In this document: positions 18,612 through 27,927 of the stretch, one piece after another | Layout: every line of letters starts with the position of its first letter | Numbering within the stretch: position 1 is the first letter of the stretch | Source of the DNA: Thermoleophilia bacterium UBA6103 | Lineage (GTDB): Bacteria; Actinomycetota; Thermoleophilia; UBA2241 | Assembly (NCBI GenBank): GCA_002423545.1 | Contig: DIWP01000046.1 | Coordinates: forward strand, 32,437-96,436 | Length of the DNA: 64,000 bases | Direction: 5' to 3' | Position numbers and translations under genes: made by a program | The notes under the pieces: generated by a model | The model's database searches: none | Told to the model about the DNA's origin: nothing | What the model saw: the letters and a program-made list of their open reading frames with translations, nothing else

Positions 18612-19166
18612 ATGGTCAAGAGGATCACGACCCCGCTGACCGACGAGGTCGTCAGAGACCTGCGCATCGGCGACGAGGTCCTCATCAGTGGTGTGGTCTA
18701 CCAGGCGCGCGACGCGGCCCACAAGCGCATGGTCGCGCTCATCGAGCAAGGGGAACCGCTGCCGTTCGAGATCCAGGGCGCGGTGATCTACTACATGGGG
18801 CCGTCGCCGGCCAGGCCCGGCAACGTGATCGGCTCGGCCGGTCCCACCACCAGCGGCCGCATGGACGCGTACGCGCCGCTGCTCATGGAGAAGGGCCTCA
18901 AGGGCATGATCGGCAAGGGTCTGCGCACCGACGCGGTCAAGCAGGCGATGGTCGACACCACGGCGGTGTACTTCGCCGCCACCGGCGGCGCCGGCGCCCT
19001 GCTGGCCCAGCGCATCACCGGCAACGAGGTGATCGCCTGGCCGGAACTGGGCGCCGAGGCGCTGGCCCGGCTGCAGGTCGAGGACTTCCCGGCGATCGTG
19101 GTCGGCGACTGCCACGGCGGCGACCTCTATGAGGTGGGCCGCAGGGAGTACGCGCGCCAAGTGTGA
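18612..19166 (+). CDS. Class I fumarate hydratase beta / C-terminal-domain subunit
   Basis: ATG at 18612 is preceded by GGAGGAG. FumA-C / TtdB motifs (RITTPLTDEVVRDLRIGDEVLISGVVYQARDAAHKRM, YYMGPSPARPGNVIGSAGPTTSGRMD). Confidence 0.8.
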   Translation: MVKRITTPLTDEVVRDLRIGDEVLISGVVYQARDAAHKRMVALIEQGEPLPFEIQGAVIYYMGPSPARPGNVIGSAGPTTSGRMDAYAPLLMEKGLKGMIGKGLRTDAVKQAMVDTTAVYFAATGGAGALLAQRITGNEVIAWPELGAEALARLQVEDFPAIVVGDCHGGDLYEVGRREYARQV

Positions 19167-19203
19167 GACGGCGGCTGAAGAAGCACGGTCGAGGTGCGTG
19201 GCG

Positions 19204-20178
19204 ATGAGCGATGTCGGCATCATCGATCGCGCCGTCGCGGCGGCCATACCGCTGGTGCCGACGCGCCTGGTGCGTACCTTCGCGGCGCCGTACATCGGCG
19301 GCGAGACGCTCGAACAGGCGCTCTCCGTGGTGCGCCGCCTCAATGCGGCCGGACTGGCCGCCAGCCTCGATGTCCTCGGCGAGGACGTCCACGACGAGGC
19401 CGGCGTGCGGGCCATGGTGGCGGCCTATCGGCAGGCGCTGGCGGCGCTGGCCGCCGGGAGCGCCGACGCCGGTGTGAGCGTCAAGCCCAGCGCCCTCGGG
19501 GCCGCCATCGACTGGGATCGCTGTCACGACGCCATCGTCGAGGTACTCGACGGGGCGGCCGCGTCGTCCGCAGGCGGCGGCCGCTTCGTCCGGCTGGACA
19601 TGGAGGAGTCGGCCACAGTCGACGGTACGCTGGCGCTGTACCGCCGTCTGCGCGAGGAGGGACGGGAGCGCGTCGGCATCGTCCTGCAGGCGCGGCTCTG
19701 GTGCACGTCGGCGGACGTCAAGGCACTGGCCGACCTGGCTCCGGACGTGCGCCTCTGCAAGGGCATCTACCTCGAGCCGCCGAGCGTCGGCATGCAGGAC
19801 CGTGAGGCGATCCGGCACAGCTTCTCGGCGCTGCTGCGGCAGCTGCTGCGCGCCGGCTCCCGGGTCGCGATCGCCACCCACGACGAGGTGCTGGTGACCG
19901 ACGCGCTGGCGGCCATCGACGAGTATTCTGTGCCGGCCGCCGGCTACGAGTTCCAGATGCTGTTGGGCGTGCGCGGTGACCTGGCGCGGACGCTCCGTCG
20001 CGCCGGCCACCGCGTGCGCATCTACGTACCCTTCGGCAAGGACGTCTTCGGCTACTCCGTGCGGCGGCTGCGCGAGAACCCGGCGGTCGCTGGCCACGTG
20101 GCCCGGGCTTTGCTCGCCGACCTCGTCCGCGGCGTCCGCCACGGCCGTCGGCGACCCGATGGGCAGGGCGTGCGATGA
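19204..20178 (+). CDS. Proline dehydrogenase (second paralog)
   Basis: The same ProDH motif set as 11233..12213 (LDVLGEDV, VSVKPSALG, VRLDMEES, RLCKGIY, AIATHDE, YEFQMLLGVR, RIYVPFG). Paralogous to it by eye. Confidence 0.8.
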   Translation: MSDVGIIDRAVAAAIPLVPTRLVRTFAAPYIGGETLEQALSVVRRLNAAGLAASLDVLGEDVHDEAGVRAMVAAYRQALAALAAGSADAGVSVKPSALGAAIDWDRCHDAIVEVLDGAAASSAGGGRFVRLDMEESATVDGTLALYRRLREEGRERVGIVLQARLWCTSADVKALADLAPDVRLCKGIYLEPPSVGMQDREAIRHSFSALLRQLLRAGSRVAIATHDEVLVTDALAAIDEYSVPAAGYEFQMLLGVRGDLARTLRRAGHRVRIYVPFGKDVFGYSVRRLRENPAVAGHVARALLADLVRGVRHGRRRPDGQGVR

Positions 20179-20287
20179 GCCGACCGTTGCGGCGGGCAGG
20201 TGAGATGAGCCGACGGCTCCGGCCGGCAGAGTGGAAGATGAGCCGGCCGTCTTGGCGGGTGCGGGCGGACGACCGTACGGCCACTGA

Positions 20288-21073
20288 GGAGAGGCAGGTC
20301 CAGGTGAGCATGGACGATTACCGGCCCCGCGATCCCAAGCCGCGCTCTTCGACCGTCTGCGCTGCGTGGACTACGGCGACGTCTTCTTCCACGCCGGCAA
20401 CATGTTCGACTTCCTCGACCAGGCCGAGCGGACCGTGAGCGGGATCCTGGCCGGCGGCGCTCAGGTGCTGGCGTTCGGCGGCGACCACATGATCCCGCTG
20501 CCGATCGTGCGCGCGTACGCGAAGCACCTGAAGCGCCCGCTCTCGCTGGTCCACTTCGACGGGCATCTCGACGACTGGGACACCTTCCCCTAATAGTGGG
20601 GCGGTAGCTGGGTGACCGAGCTGGCCGACGAGGGGTGCCTGGATCTGTCGCGCTCGGTGCAGCTCGGCATCCGCGTGCTGGGCGACGAGGCGCCGGAGGG
20701 AGAGCTCTACCCGGCGACCTCGGATGCTGTCGTCATCGGCGCCGACGAGTGTCTCGACGAGGGTCCTCTGGCCGCCGCGGCGCGGGTCCGTGAAGTGGTC
20801 GGCGACGCGCCGGTCTACCTGACCTTCGACGCCGACTTCCTCGACGCGTCGGTGGCGCCGGCCTGCCACACGCCCTGCGTCTGCGGGCCGGACACGTACT
20901 GGACCAAGCGGTTCTTCCGCGCCGTGCGCGGCCTCAACGTGGTGGGGGCAGACGTCAACGAGCTCTGCCCCCAGTACGAGCCGCCGCTGGGCCCCACCCA
21001 GCTCGCCCTGGGCCACGTGGCGTTCTGGACCTTGCGGCTCATGGAACAGGTCCCGGGCTGCGTCTCGGGCTGA
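20288..21073 (+). pseudogene. Agmatinase/arginase (ureohydrolase) family gene, N-terminally truncated and interrupted by in-frame tandem stops TAA-TAG at 20591-20596
   Basis: ORFs 20366..20593 and 20612..21073 are in the same frame and together span ureohydrolase motifs (VDYGDV…AFGGDHMI…LVHFDGHLD, then SVQLGIRV…VYLTFDADFLD…GADVNELCPQYEPP). An upstream in-frame TGA at 20285 leaves no room for the usual 60-80 aa N-terminus. Confidence 0.6.
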
Positions 21074-21363
21074 CGGCGGCCGGTGCGCATTGTCGATCGA
21101 CCGCGATCGATCGACAGGTCGGGAGATCGGCCGGCATCGAGCGGCCGGGATCGAGCGGCCAAGGCCGCGCACCCTGTCGTCGACGCCGGCCGCCCGCGCA
21201 ACGTCACCCTGCCACAGATGGCATCGTCTCCCTTGCTCGCAGATCGTCGACCTTGGCCGGTCCGACGCGAGCGAGTATCTTCGAGTGGTCATGTAGCTGT
21301 TGCAGTCTGCAAGCAAAGTGCTAATCTGGGAGGTGTGTCGGAGTGACCGGGACTGGAGTGGCC

Positions 21364-21630
21364 ATGCCCACGCTGTACCTGCGCGACGTGCCCGAGCACG
21401 TCATCGAGGAGCTTCGCCGGCGCGCTTCCGCCTCCCGGCGGTCTCTGAATGCAGAAGCGATCGTCTGTCTTGAACAGGCACTTGAGCGCAGTGGGGCCGC
21501 GGAGCGTCTCGACGTGGAGGGCATCGTCAGTCGTCTCGATGAGTTCGCCGAGCGGACGCGAGACAAGTGGGGAAGCGAAGACTCGGCCGACATCATCAGG
21601 GAGGGTCGGGAAGAGCGGGGCGACTGGTGA
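21364..21630 (+). CDS. Ribbon-helix-helix antitoxin (VapB/FitA-like)
   Basis: MPTLYLRDVPEHVIEELRRRASASRRSLNAEAIVCLEQAL is an Arc/MetJ-type RHH. The stop overlaps the PIN-gene GTG (GTGA). Confidence 0.6.
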   Translation: MPTLYLRDVPEHVIEELRRRASASRRSLNAEAIVCLEQALERSGAAERLDVEGIVSRLDEFAERTRDKWGSEDSADIIREGREERGDW

Positions 21631-22070
21631 CGGACTGCGGGGCGTGCGTCGTGGATGCCAGTGTGGGTGTGAAGCGACTGCGGCAGAAGGAGGCGCACTG
21701 GAGGCAGGCGCGGGCGCTTGTCGACAGTGCAGGTGTGAATGCGAGCATACGGTTCGTGCCGGACCTCTTCGACCTGGAATGCACGCATGCCGTCGTGAAG
21801 CTCCACCGCCGTGCGGAGCTCAGTCGCAGCGAGTCGCTCGAGGCGGTCCGGCTTCTCCACCGCCTTCCCTTGGCGCGAGTGCCTTCGCGGCCCCTCTTGC
21901 GTGACGCTGCCCGACTGGCTGTTGGAAGTGGGATCAGCGCCTACGACGCTGTCTACGTGACCCTTGCCGTCGCGCTCGATGTCCCGCTGGTCACCGCCGA
22001 TGAGCGGCTGGCGCGGTCGATGGAGGGCATGTCGGTCGAGGTGGTACGGCTGGCAGACATCGACGCCTGA
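21627..22070 (+). CDS. vapC: PIN-domain toxin VapC
   Basis: GTG at 21627 is in frame with ORF 21567..22070. PIN acidic residues lie in VVDASVGVKRL…FVPDLFDLE…SAYDAVYVTLAVALDVPLVTADERL. Confidence 0.7.
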   Translation: MTDCGACVVDASVGVKRLRQKEAHWRQARALVDSAGVNASIRFVPDLFDLECTHAVVKLHRRAELSRSESLEAVRLLHRLPLARVPSRPLLRDAARLAVGSGISAYDAVYVTLAVALDVPLVTADERLARSMEGMSVEVVRLADIDA

Positions 22071-22247
22071 CCGCCCGTGACTGCGGCGGGCGGCCCAGCC
22101 ACGAGTCTGCTTTCGCCGATTCGGCAAGACTGCTAGGCTACCGGCCTGACGGCCGCGGCCGTATGCCGCGCCGCCGTTTCGTATTCGCGGCCGGAGACGT
22201 CGGAGTCTCCGGCCCGCGCGGACCGCAGTACTGGGAGAGTCCGTCAG

Positions 22248-23921
22248 TTGATTGCTCACGAGGTGCTGATCATCGGCGCCGGCCTGGCCGGCATGCGGGC
22301 GGCGATCGCCGCTCACGATGCCGGCGCCGACGTCGCTCTGGTCAGCAAGGTCCACCCCGTCCGCAGTCACACATGCTGCGCGCAGGGCGGCATCAACGCC
22401 GCCCTCGGCGACGACGACTCGTGGGAAGCCCACCTGTTCGACACCGTCAAGGGATCGGACTACCTGGGCGACCAGGACGCCATCGAGGTCATGTGCAAGG
22501 CGGCACCCGGCGACATCCGTGCCCTGGAGCACATGGGTTGCCCGTTCAGCCGCTTCGAGAACGGGCGCATCGCGCAGCGGCCGTTCGGCGGCGCCGGCTT
22601 TCCGCGCACGGCCTACGCCGCCGACATCAGCGGCTTCGTGCTCCTGCATACCATGTACGAGCAGGTCCTGCGCCGCGGCATCCGCCTCTATCAAGAGTGG
22701 TACGTCACCCGTCTCGTGCTCGACGACGGCGTCGCGCGCGGCGTGGTCGCCATCGACCTTCTCACCGGGAAGCTGCATGCCATGGCCGCCAAGGCGGTGG
22801 TGATCGCCACCGGGCCGGCCAGCCGCATCTACCAGAGCTCGTCCAATTCGGTCGACTGTACCGGCGACGGCATGGGCATGGCCTATCGTGCCGGCCTGCC
22901 GCTCATGGACATGGAGTTCGTGCAGTTCCACCCCACCGGGCTGCGCAACGGGGTGCTGATCACCGAGGGCTGTCGCGGAGAGGGCGGCATCCTGCTCAAC
23001 AGTGACGGCGAGCGGTTCATGAAGCGCTACGCGCCCACCAAGGGCGAGCTCGCCAGCCGCGACGTGGTCTCGCGCGCCGAGGCGACCGAGATCGCCGAGG
23101 GACGCGGCATCGATGGGTTCATCATGCTCGACCTGCGCCCCATCGGGCCGGAACGTATCCGCACCAACCTGCTGCAGGTACGCGAGCTGTCCATGGACAT
23201 CGCCGGCGTGGATCCCTGCGAGGCGCCGATCCCCATCCGACCCACGCCGCACTACTTCATGGGCGGCGTACGGGCCGGCGTCGACGGCAGGTCGCCGGTT
23301 GCCGAGGGGGCCTACTTCGCCGGCGAGGTGAGCTGCATCAGCGTGCACGGCGCCAACCGGCTGGGTGGCAACTCGCTGCTCGACGCGGTGGTGTTCGGCC
23401 GTCGCTCGGGAGAGGCGGCGGCCGCCCATGCCGCCGCACACGAGCAGCTGCCGCTGCCGGAGAGCGCCGTGCGCGACCAGGAGGCGGAGATCGCCGAGCT
23501 GGCCGGCCGCGACGGCGACGGCGAACGGCAGGCCACCATCCGCGAAGAGCTGCAGAAGCTGATGTTCGCCAAGGTCGGCATCTGGCGCGAGAAGGGCGCC
23601 CTTGCCGAGGCCGTGGACGAGGTGCGCGCGCTCAAGGAACGGTACGCGCGCGTCCGGCTGGGCCACGCCGGGGCCGTGTTCAACACCGAGCTGCCGCAGG
23701 TACTCGAGACGGGCAACCTGCTCGACCTGGCCGAGTGTGTGGCCATGGGCGCGCTCGATCGCGAGGAGAGCCGCGGCAGCCACGCGCGCACCGACTTCCC
23801 GGAGCGCGACGACGAGGTCTGGATGAAGCACAGCCTGTTCACGCGTGGCGACGACGGCCCCGTCTGCGACACTGCGCCGGTCACGATCACCCGCTACGAG
23901 CCGGAAGTGAGGACCTACTGA
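22248..23921 (+). CDS. sdhA: Succinate dehydrogenase / fumarate reductase flavoprotein subunit
   Basis: FAD-binding flavoprotein motifs (VLIIGAGLAGMRAAIAA, HTCCAQGGINAA, RSHTVAAEGG-like, HYFMGGV, ISVHGANRLGGNSLLD). Confidence 0.85.
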   Translation: MIAHEVLIIGAGLAGMRAAIAAHDAGADVALVSKVHPVRSHTCCAQGGINAALGDDDSWEAHLFDTVKGSDYLGDQDAIEVMCKAAPGDIRALEHMGCPFSRFENGRIAQRPFGGAGFPRTAYAADISGFVLLHTMYEQVLRRGIRLYQEWYVTRLVLDDGVARGVVAIDLLTGKLHAMAAKAVVIATGPASRIYQSSSNSVDCTGDGMGMAYRAGLPLMDMEFVQFHPTGLRNGVLITEGCRGEGGILLNSDGERFMKRYAPTKGELASRDVVSRAEATEIAEGRGIDGFIMLDLRPIGPERIRTNLLQVRELSMDIAGVDPCEAPIPIRPTPHYFMGGVRAGVDGRSPVAEGAYFAGEVSCISVHGANRLGGNSLLDAVVFGRRSGEAAAAHAAAHEQLPLPESAVRDQEAEIAELAGRDGDGERQATIREELQKLMFAKVGIWREKGALAEAVDEVRALKERYARVRLGHAGAVFNTELPQVLETGNLLDLAECVAMGALDREESRGSHARTDFPERDDEVWMKHSLFTRGDDGPVCDTAPVTITRYEPEVRTY

Positions 23922-24982
23922 TGCCGGCCGCCGACGACCCTGGTGTCCCGCCTGTGACTGCGGCTCTGGCCATCCGCCGCTACGATCCGGAGCTCGGCGA
24001 TGAGGCTCGCTGGCAGCGCTACGAGATCGAGATGCCGGCCGGCTCCACGGTGCTCGAGGCGCTCATGTACGTGCAGGAGCACGTCGACGGATCGCTCGCC
24101 TTCCGCCGCAGCTGCCGGCACGCCATCTGCGGCTCGTGCGGCATGCGCATCAACGGGTGTGCCCGCCTGGCCTGCAACACGCAGCTCACCGCGGTCGTCG
24201 CCGAGGCCGAGCGGCGCGCGGCACGCCGGAGCGCCGCGGCGACGAGCGGCGACGACGACGCGGCGCTCGCCGGCGCCGCCGTGCGCATCGAGCCGCTCGG
24301 CAACATGCCGGTCATCAGGGACCTGGTCACAGACATGACCGTCTTCTGGGAGAAGCTGCGCAGCGTGCAGCCGTGGCTGCAGTCGCTCGACGATCGCGCC
24401 GACGCCGATGGCGAGCGGCTGATGACACCGCACCAGTATGCCGTCATCGCTCAGGGTCTGCTGTGCGTGGAGTGCGGCGCCTGCTACTCGGACTGCATCG
24501 CCGTGGAGGCGGCGCCCGAGTTCGTCGGCCCCACGTCGCTGGTGAAGGCCTACCGGTACGCCTACGACGTGCGGGACGATCAGGCGCATCGACGTCTACA
24601 CGATCTCGCCGGCGAGCACGGCATGTGGGAGTGCACGCACTGCTACGTCTGCACCCAGCGCTGTCCCAAGCATCTGCGGGTCCGCGAGCTCATCGGGCGC
24701 CTGTCCGAGCTGGCGCAGGTCGAGGGGTTGTGCAGCGACGCCGCCGTGAAGCGGTCTCAGGCTTTCGTGGCCGGCATCGAGCAGAGCGGCCGGGTCGACG
24801 AGCGGACGCTCGCCGAGAAAGCGGGCGCGGTGCGCGGTGGCGTGTCGGCGGCGCTTCCGGCGCCGGTCTCCGAGATGTTGCGGGGCGGCGCCCGCGAGCC
24901 GATCTCTGATGTGGACCTGGTGCGGCGCGTCGCCGGTCGGCTGCGTGGACCGGGGAGCACCGGCGCCGAGGGTGCGCCATGA
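23921..24982 (+). CDS. sdhB: Succinate dehydrogenase / fumarate reductase iron-sulfur subunit, type-E-like (extra cysteine in the third cluster motif)
   Basis: [2Fe-2S] motif CRHAICGSCGMRINGCARLAC. Two C-x2-C-x2-C-x3-C(P) motifs (CVECGACYSDC and CTHCYVCTQRCP); the second, with four Cys, is the hallmark of type-E SdhB. It also carries an Ala/Arg-rich insertion and a C-terminal extension. Confidence 0.8.
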   Translation: MPAADDPGVPPVTAALAIRRYDPELGDEARWQRYEIEMPAGSTVLEALMYVQEHVDGSLAFRRSCRHAICGSCGMRINGCARLACNTQLTAVVAEAERRAARRSAAATSGDDDAALAGAAVRIEPLGNMPVIRDLVTDMTVFWEKLRSVQPWLQSLDDRADADGERLMTPHQYAVIAQGLLCVECGACYSDCIAVEAAPEFVGPTSLVKAYRYAYDVRDDQAHRRLHDLAGEHGMWECTHCYVCTQRCPKHLRVRELIGRLSELAQVEGLCSDAAVKRSQAFVAGIEQSGRVDERTLAEKAGAVRGGVSAALPAPVSEMLRGGAREPISDVDLVRRVAGRLRGPGSTGAEGAP

Positions 24983-26052
24983 GGTACGCCTACTATCCCG
25001 GCTGCTATGCCAAAGGCACCGCGCCCGAGCTCGACAGCAGCACGAGGGCCGTCTGCGAGAGGCTTGGCATCGAGCTGGAAGAGCTCACCGCCGCGCCGTG
25101 CTGCGGCGCCGGCGACGTGCAGCAGGTCGACGGTCCCCTGGCACAGGGCCTCAACGAGCTCACGCTCGCGCAGGCCCAGCACCTCGGTCTGGACATCCTC
25201 ACGATCTGCAACGTCTGCACGCTGAGCCTGCGGCAGGCGAACGTCGCGGTCGAGGAGGGTCGGCACCTCGACAGGGGGTCGGCGTGCCTGGCGGTGGCCG
25301 ACCCCGGCTGCCCGGCGTCTGCCGATGGCGCGAGCGACTCGGCACCGACGGTGCTACCGGGCGGTGCGACAGAGGATCCGCCGCCGGCCGGCGCGGCCGC
25401 GACGGGCGGCCCCGTGCCGCCGGGCTTCGGGCAGCGCTGGCCGCTCTCCGGCGCCGAGGCGGCTGCCGCCACGACCGCCGCGCTGGCACCGGAAGGCCTG
25501 GCCTATGCCGGCGGCGTCGCTGTCACCCACCTGCTCTGGGTGCTGTGGAAGGATGTCGGCGTCGAGCGGCTGGCGGAACAGGTGCAGCAGCGTCTCGGCA
25601 GTCTCACGCTGGCGCCCTTCTACGGCTGTCAGATCCTGCGGCCGGCTGCTGTCAACGACGACGACGTGGCCGACGATCCCACCGCCCTCGAAGATCTTGT
25701 CGCCGCCTGCGGTGCCGCCGCCGTCGACTACGACGGCCGTCTCAAGTGCTGCGGCTGGCCGGTCATGTACGTCCGTCAGTCGGCGGCCACCACCATGGCG
25801 GCGCGGGTCGTCCGCAACGCGGCGGCGGCCGGCGCCGACGCCATCGTCACGCCGTGCCCTCTCTGTCATGCGGCTCTGGAAGGCTGCCAGTCGGCGTCCG
25901 CCACCGGCTCCGAGCGGCTGCGTCTGCCGGTGCTGCATCTGCCGCAGATGATCGGCCTCGCGCTCGGATGCTCGCCGCGTCGTCTCGGCCTCGTCGACCA
26001 CGCCATCGACACCAGGCCGCTGCTCGCACGCCTCGGCCTTACGCTCGCCTGA
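24979..26052 (+). CDS. HdrB-like CCG-domain subunit (SdhE / TfrB C-terminal-domain-like) of a type-E succinate dehydrogenase or fumarate reductase
   Basis: Two CCG cysteine-rich domains (YPGCYAKG…PCCGAG…CNVCTLS and FYGCQILRP…KCCGWP…CPLCHAALEG), separated by a roughly 90-aa Ala/Pro/Gly-rich low-complexity insert. ATGA overlap with sdhB. Confidence 0.75.
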   Translation: MRYAYYPGCYAKGTAPELDSSTRAVCERLGIELEELTAAPCCGAGDVQQVDGPLAQGLNELTLAQAQHLGLDILTICNVCTLSLRQANVAVEEGRHLDRGSACLAVADPGCPASADGASDSAPTVLPGGATEDPPPAGAAATGGPVPPGFGQRWPLSGAEAAAATTAALAPEGLAYAGGVAVTHLLWVLWKDVGVERLAEQVQQRLGSLTLAPFYGCQILRPAAVNDDDVADDPTALEDLVAACGAAAVDYDGRLKCCGWPVMYVRQSAATTMAARVVRNAAAAGADAIVTPCPLCHAALEGCQSASATGSERLRLPVLHLPQMIGLALGCSPRRLGLVDHAIDTRPLLARLGLTLA

Positions 26053-26235
26053 GCCACGGTCGCGCTCGGCCTTCCGGCGCCGATTTGGGCGCGGGTGATG
26101 AACCGCGGCTCAGGGGGCATATCCTTAGCTCATGAAGAAAGTCGTCGCGATGGCCTCCCCTCTTCTGACGAGACCGGTGTTCGGCCGGGTCTCACGCGCG
26201 TCGCGCTTCCGTGATCAGTCACAGGCGGACGGCTC

Positions 26236-26820
26236 ATGATCGGCTGGCTGTTCGCGGTCGGGCGCATGGTCGGCTTCGGCAGCGCCGCCGGCGTGCGGCC
26301 GGCGCTCACCCTGGCTGTGATCGGCGCCATGTCGCTCGTCGGCATCGGCCCCGACGTCCAGCCGCCGTTCCTCTTCCTCGAGCGCTGGTGGGTCATCCTC
26401 ATCTTCGCTGTGCTGGCGATCCTGGAGGGCAAGTTCGACAACGTCCCCAAGCTCGACCGCATCCAGGATCGCATCCTCGTCCCGTGGCGGATCGCGATCG
26501 GCGGTGTGGCGGCGGCGGCGACGGTGCCCCACGGCGTCACCGGGCTGGTCGTGGGTCTCACCGTGGGCGCCGCGTTCGGCTGGCTGAGCCAGTCGGTCAA
26601 GCATGGCAGCCGGCCGATCCAGCCGCCGAGCGGTCTGGCGGTGGCGTTGATCAGCCTCTCGGAGGACCTCTACGCGCTCGGAGGCGTGGTGGCGACGGCG
26701 ATCTTCTCGCCTCTGGGATACGCCTTCGCCGCGGTCAACATCTGGTTGTTCGTGCGGCTGCGCCGGCGGCGTCGCCTGCGGTACCGCGCCAAGCGCGGGA
26801 TCGCGGATGGATCGCCGTAA
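26236..26820 (+). CDS. Integral membrane protein (DUF4126-like)
   Basis: Four to five hydrophobic helices (LTLAVIGAMSLVGIGP, WWVILIFAVLAILEG, GLVVGLTVGAAFGWL, GGVVATAIFSPLGYAFAAVNIWLFV). The family assignment is from memory and is tentative. Confidence 0.5.
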   Translation: MIGWLFAVGRMVGFGSAAGVRPALTLAVIGAMSLVGIGPDVQPPFLFLERWWVILIFAVLAILEGKFDNVPKLDRIQDRILVPWRIAIGGVAAAATVPHGVTGLVVGLTVGAAFGWLSQSVKHGSRPIQPPSGLAVALISLSEDLYALGGVVATAIFSPLGYAFAAVNIWLFVRLRRRRRLRYRAKRGIADGSP

Positions 26821-27151
26821 GGTGTGGTCGGCGATGAGCCCGGGAGGCAGAGACGAGGCGGACGGCGCCGGCGAGCGCGTCACGGCGGTCCGGGCGCGCA
26901 TCGAAGGGCGTGTCCAAGGGGTGTTCTTCCGCGTCTCGACGCGGCAGGTGGCCCGGTCGCTCGGGGTCACGGGGTGGGTCCGCAACCTGCCGGGCGGCGC
27001 TGTGGAAGCGTTCCTCCAGGGGGCGCCCGACGCCGTCGAAAGGGCGCTGGACTGGTGCCGCGAGGGGCCGCCCGGCGCGCGGGTCGATCGCGTGCAGGTG
27101 CGATCGGCCGATGCCGACGAACGCTGGACCGACTTCAGCGTCAGGGGATGA
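26807..27151 (+). CDS. acyP: Acylphosphatase
   Basis: VRARIEGRVQGVFFRVSTRQVARSLGVTGWVRNLPGGAVEAFLQG matches the acylphosphatase signatures. The start may be the Met at 26834. Confidence 0.7.
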   Translation: MDRRKVWSAMSPGGRDEADGAGERVTAVRARIEGRVQGVFFRVSTRQVARSLGVTGWVRNLPGGAVEAFLQGAPDAVERALDWCREGPPGARVDRVQVRSADADERWTDFSVRG

Positions 27152-27200
27152 GGGCGGCCCGACGGCCGGCGCCACGACACGACACGATGAGCGAGGCAGC

Positions 27201-27875
27201 ATGAACGAGAGCCAGCGCGTGACTCTGGACACCATACGCGAGGACTACGAGACGCAGATGTACATCGCGCGCGCCGATGACAATCTGGCCGTGCTCGGCT
27301 TCACCGAGCACGGCGACCGGCACTGCAGCGCCGTGGCCATGACCGCGCAGACCATCCTTCTGGAGCTCGGATGGCCGCAGCGCCGGGCCGAGCTGGCGGC
27401 GATCGCCGGGTACATGCACGACATGGGCAACATGATCACCCGCGAGCAGCACGGCATCGCCGCGGCGCTGCTCGCCCGTCACATCCTGGACCGCCTGGGG
27501 ACGCCGCTGGCGGAGACGATCGACGTCATGTGCGCCATCGGCAATCACGAGGAGGAGTACGGCGAGCCGGTCAGTGAGGTGGCGGCCGCCGTGATCCTCG
27601 GCGACAAGAGCGACGTGCGGTCCGACCGCGTGCGCGAGACCGGCGACGTGGTCGGCGACATCCACGACCGCGTCAACGCCGCCGCCGAACGGGCCTCGGT
27701 CTCGGTCGACCCGGACAGCAGGACGATCACCCTGGCCCTGCAGATCGACACCGATGTCTCGCCGGTGATGGAGTACTTCGAGATCTTCCTCAGCCGCATG
27801 GTGCTCTGCCGGCGGGCGGCGGAGTTCCTGGGATGCGATTTCCATCTGGTCATCAACGACGTGCGACTGCACTGA
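27201..27875 (+). CDS. HD-domain metal-dependent phosphohydrolase
   Basis: HD motif (FTEHGDRHCSAVA…GYMHDMGN…NHEE). Start ATG at 27201, in frame with ORF 26910..27875. Confidence 0.65.
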   Translation: MNESQRVTLDTIREDYETQMYIARADDNLAVLGFTEHGDRHCSAVAMTAQTILLELGWPQRRAELAAIAGYMHDMGNMITREQHGIAAALLARHILDRLGTPLAETIDVMCAIGNHEEEYGEPVSEVAAAVILGDKSDVRSDRVRETGDVVGDIHDRVNAAAERASVSVDPDSRTITLALQIDTDVSPVMEYFEIFLSRMVLCRRAAEFLGCDFHLVINDVRLH

Positions 27876-27927
27876 TCCAGGCGGTGGCCTTGGTAGGATG
27901 CGACGATCACGGGATGGGAGGTCTCAC

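Noticed and set aside
20591-20596. TAA-TAG as programmed read-through or recoding
   Set aside because: Two consecutive stops with no downstream recoding signals. The gene also lacks its N-terminus. Pseudogene is the parsimonious reading.
20318-21316. 332-aa ORF on the minus strand over the agmatinase region
   Set aside because: The plus-strand translation carries the ureohydrolase metal-binding motifs. The minus ORF has no recognisable features.
21321-23831. 836-aa ORF on the minus strand
   Set aside because: Antisense to vapBC and the SdhA flavoprotein gene, which have unambiguous homology on the plus strand.
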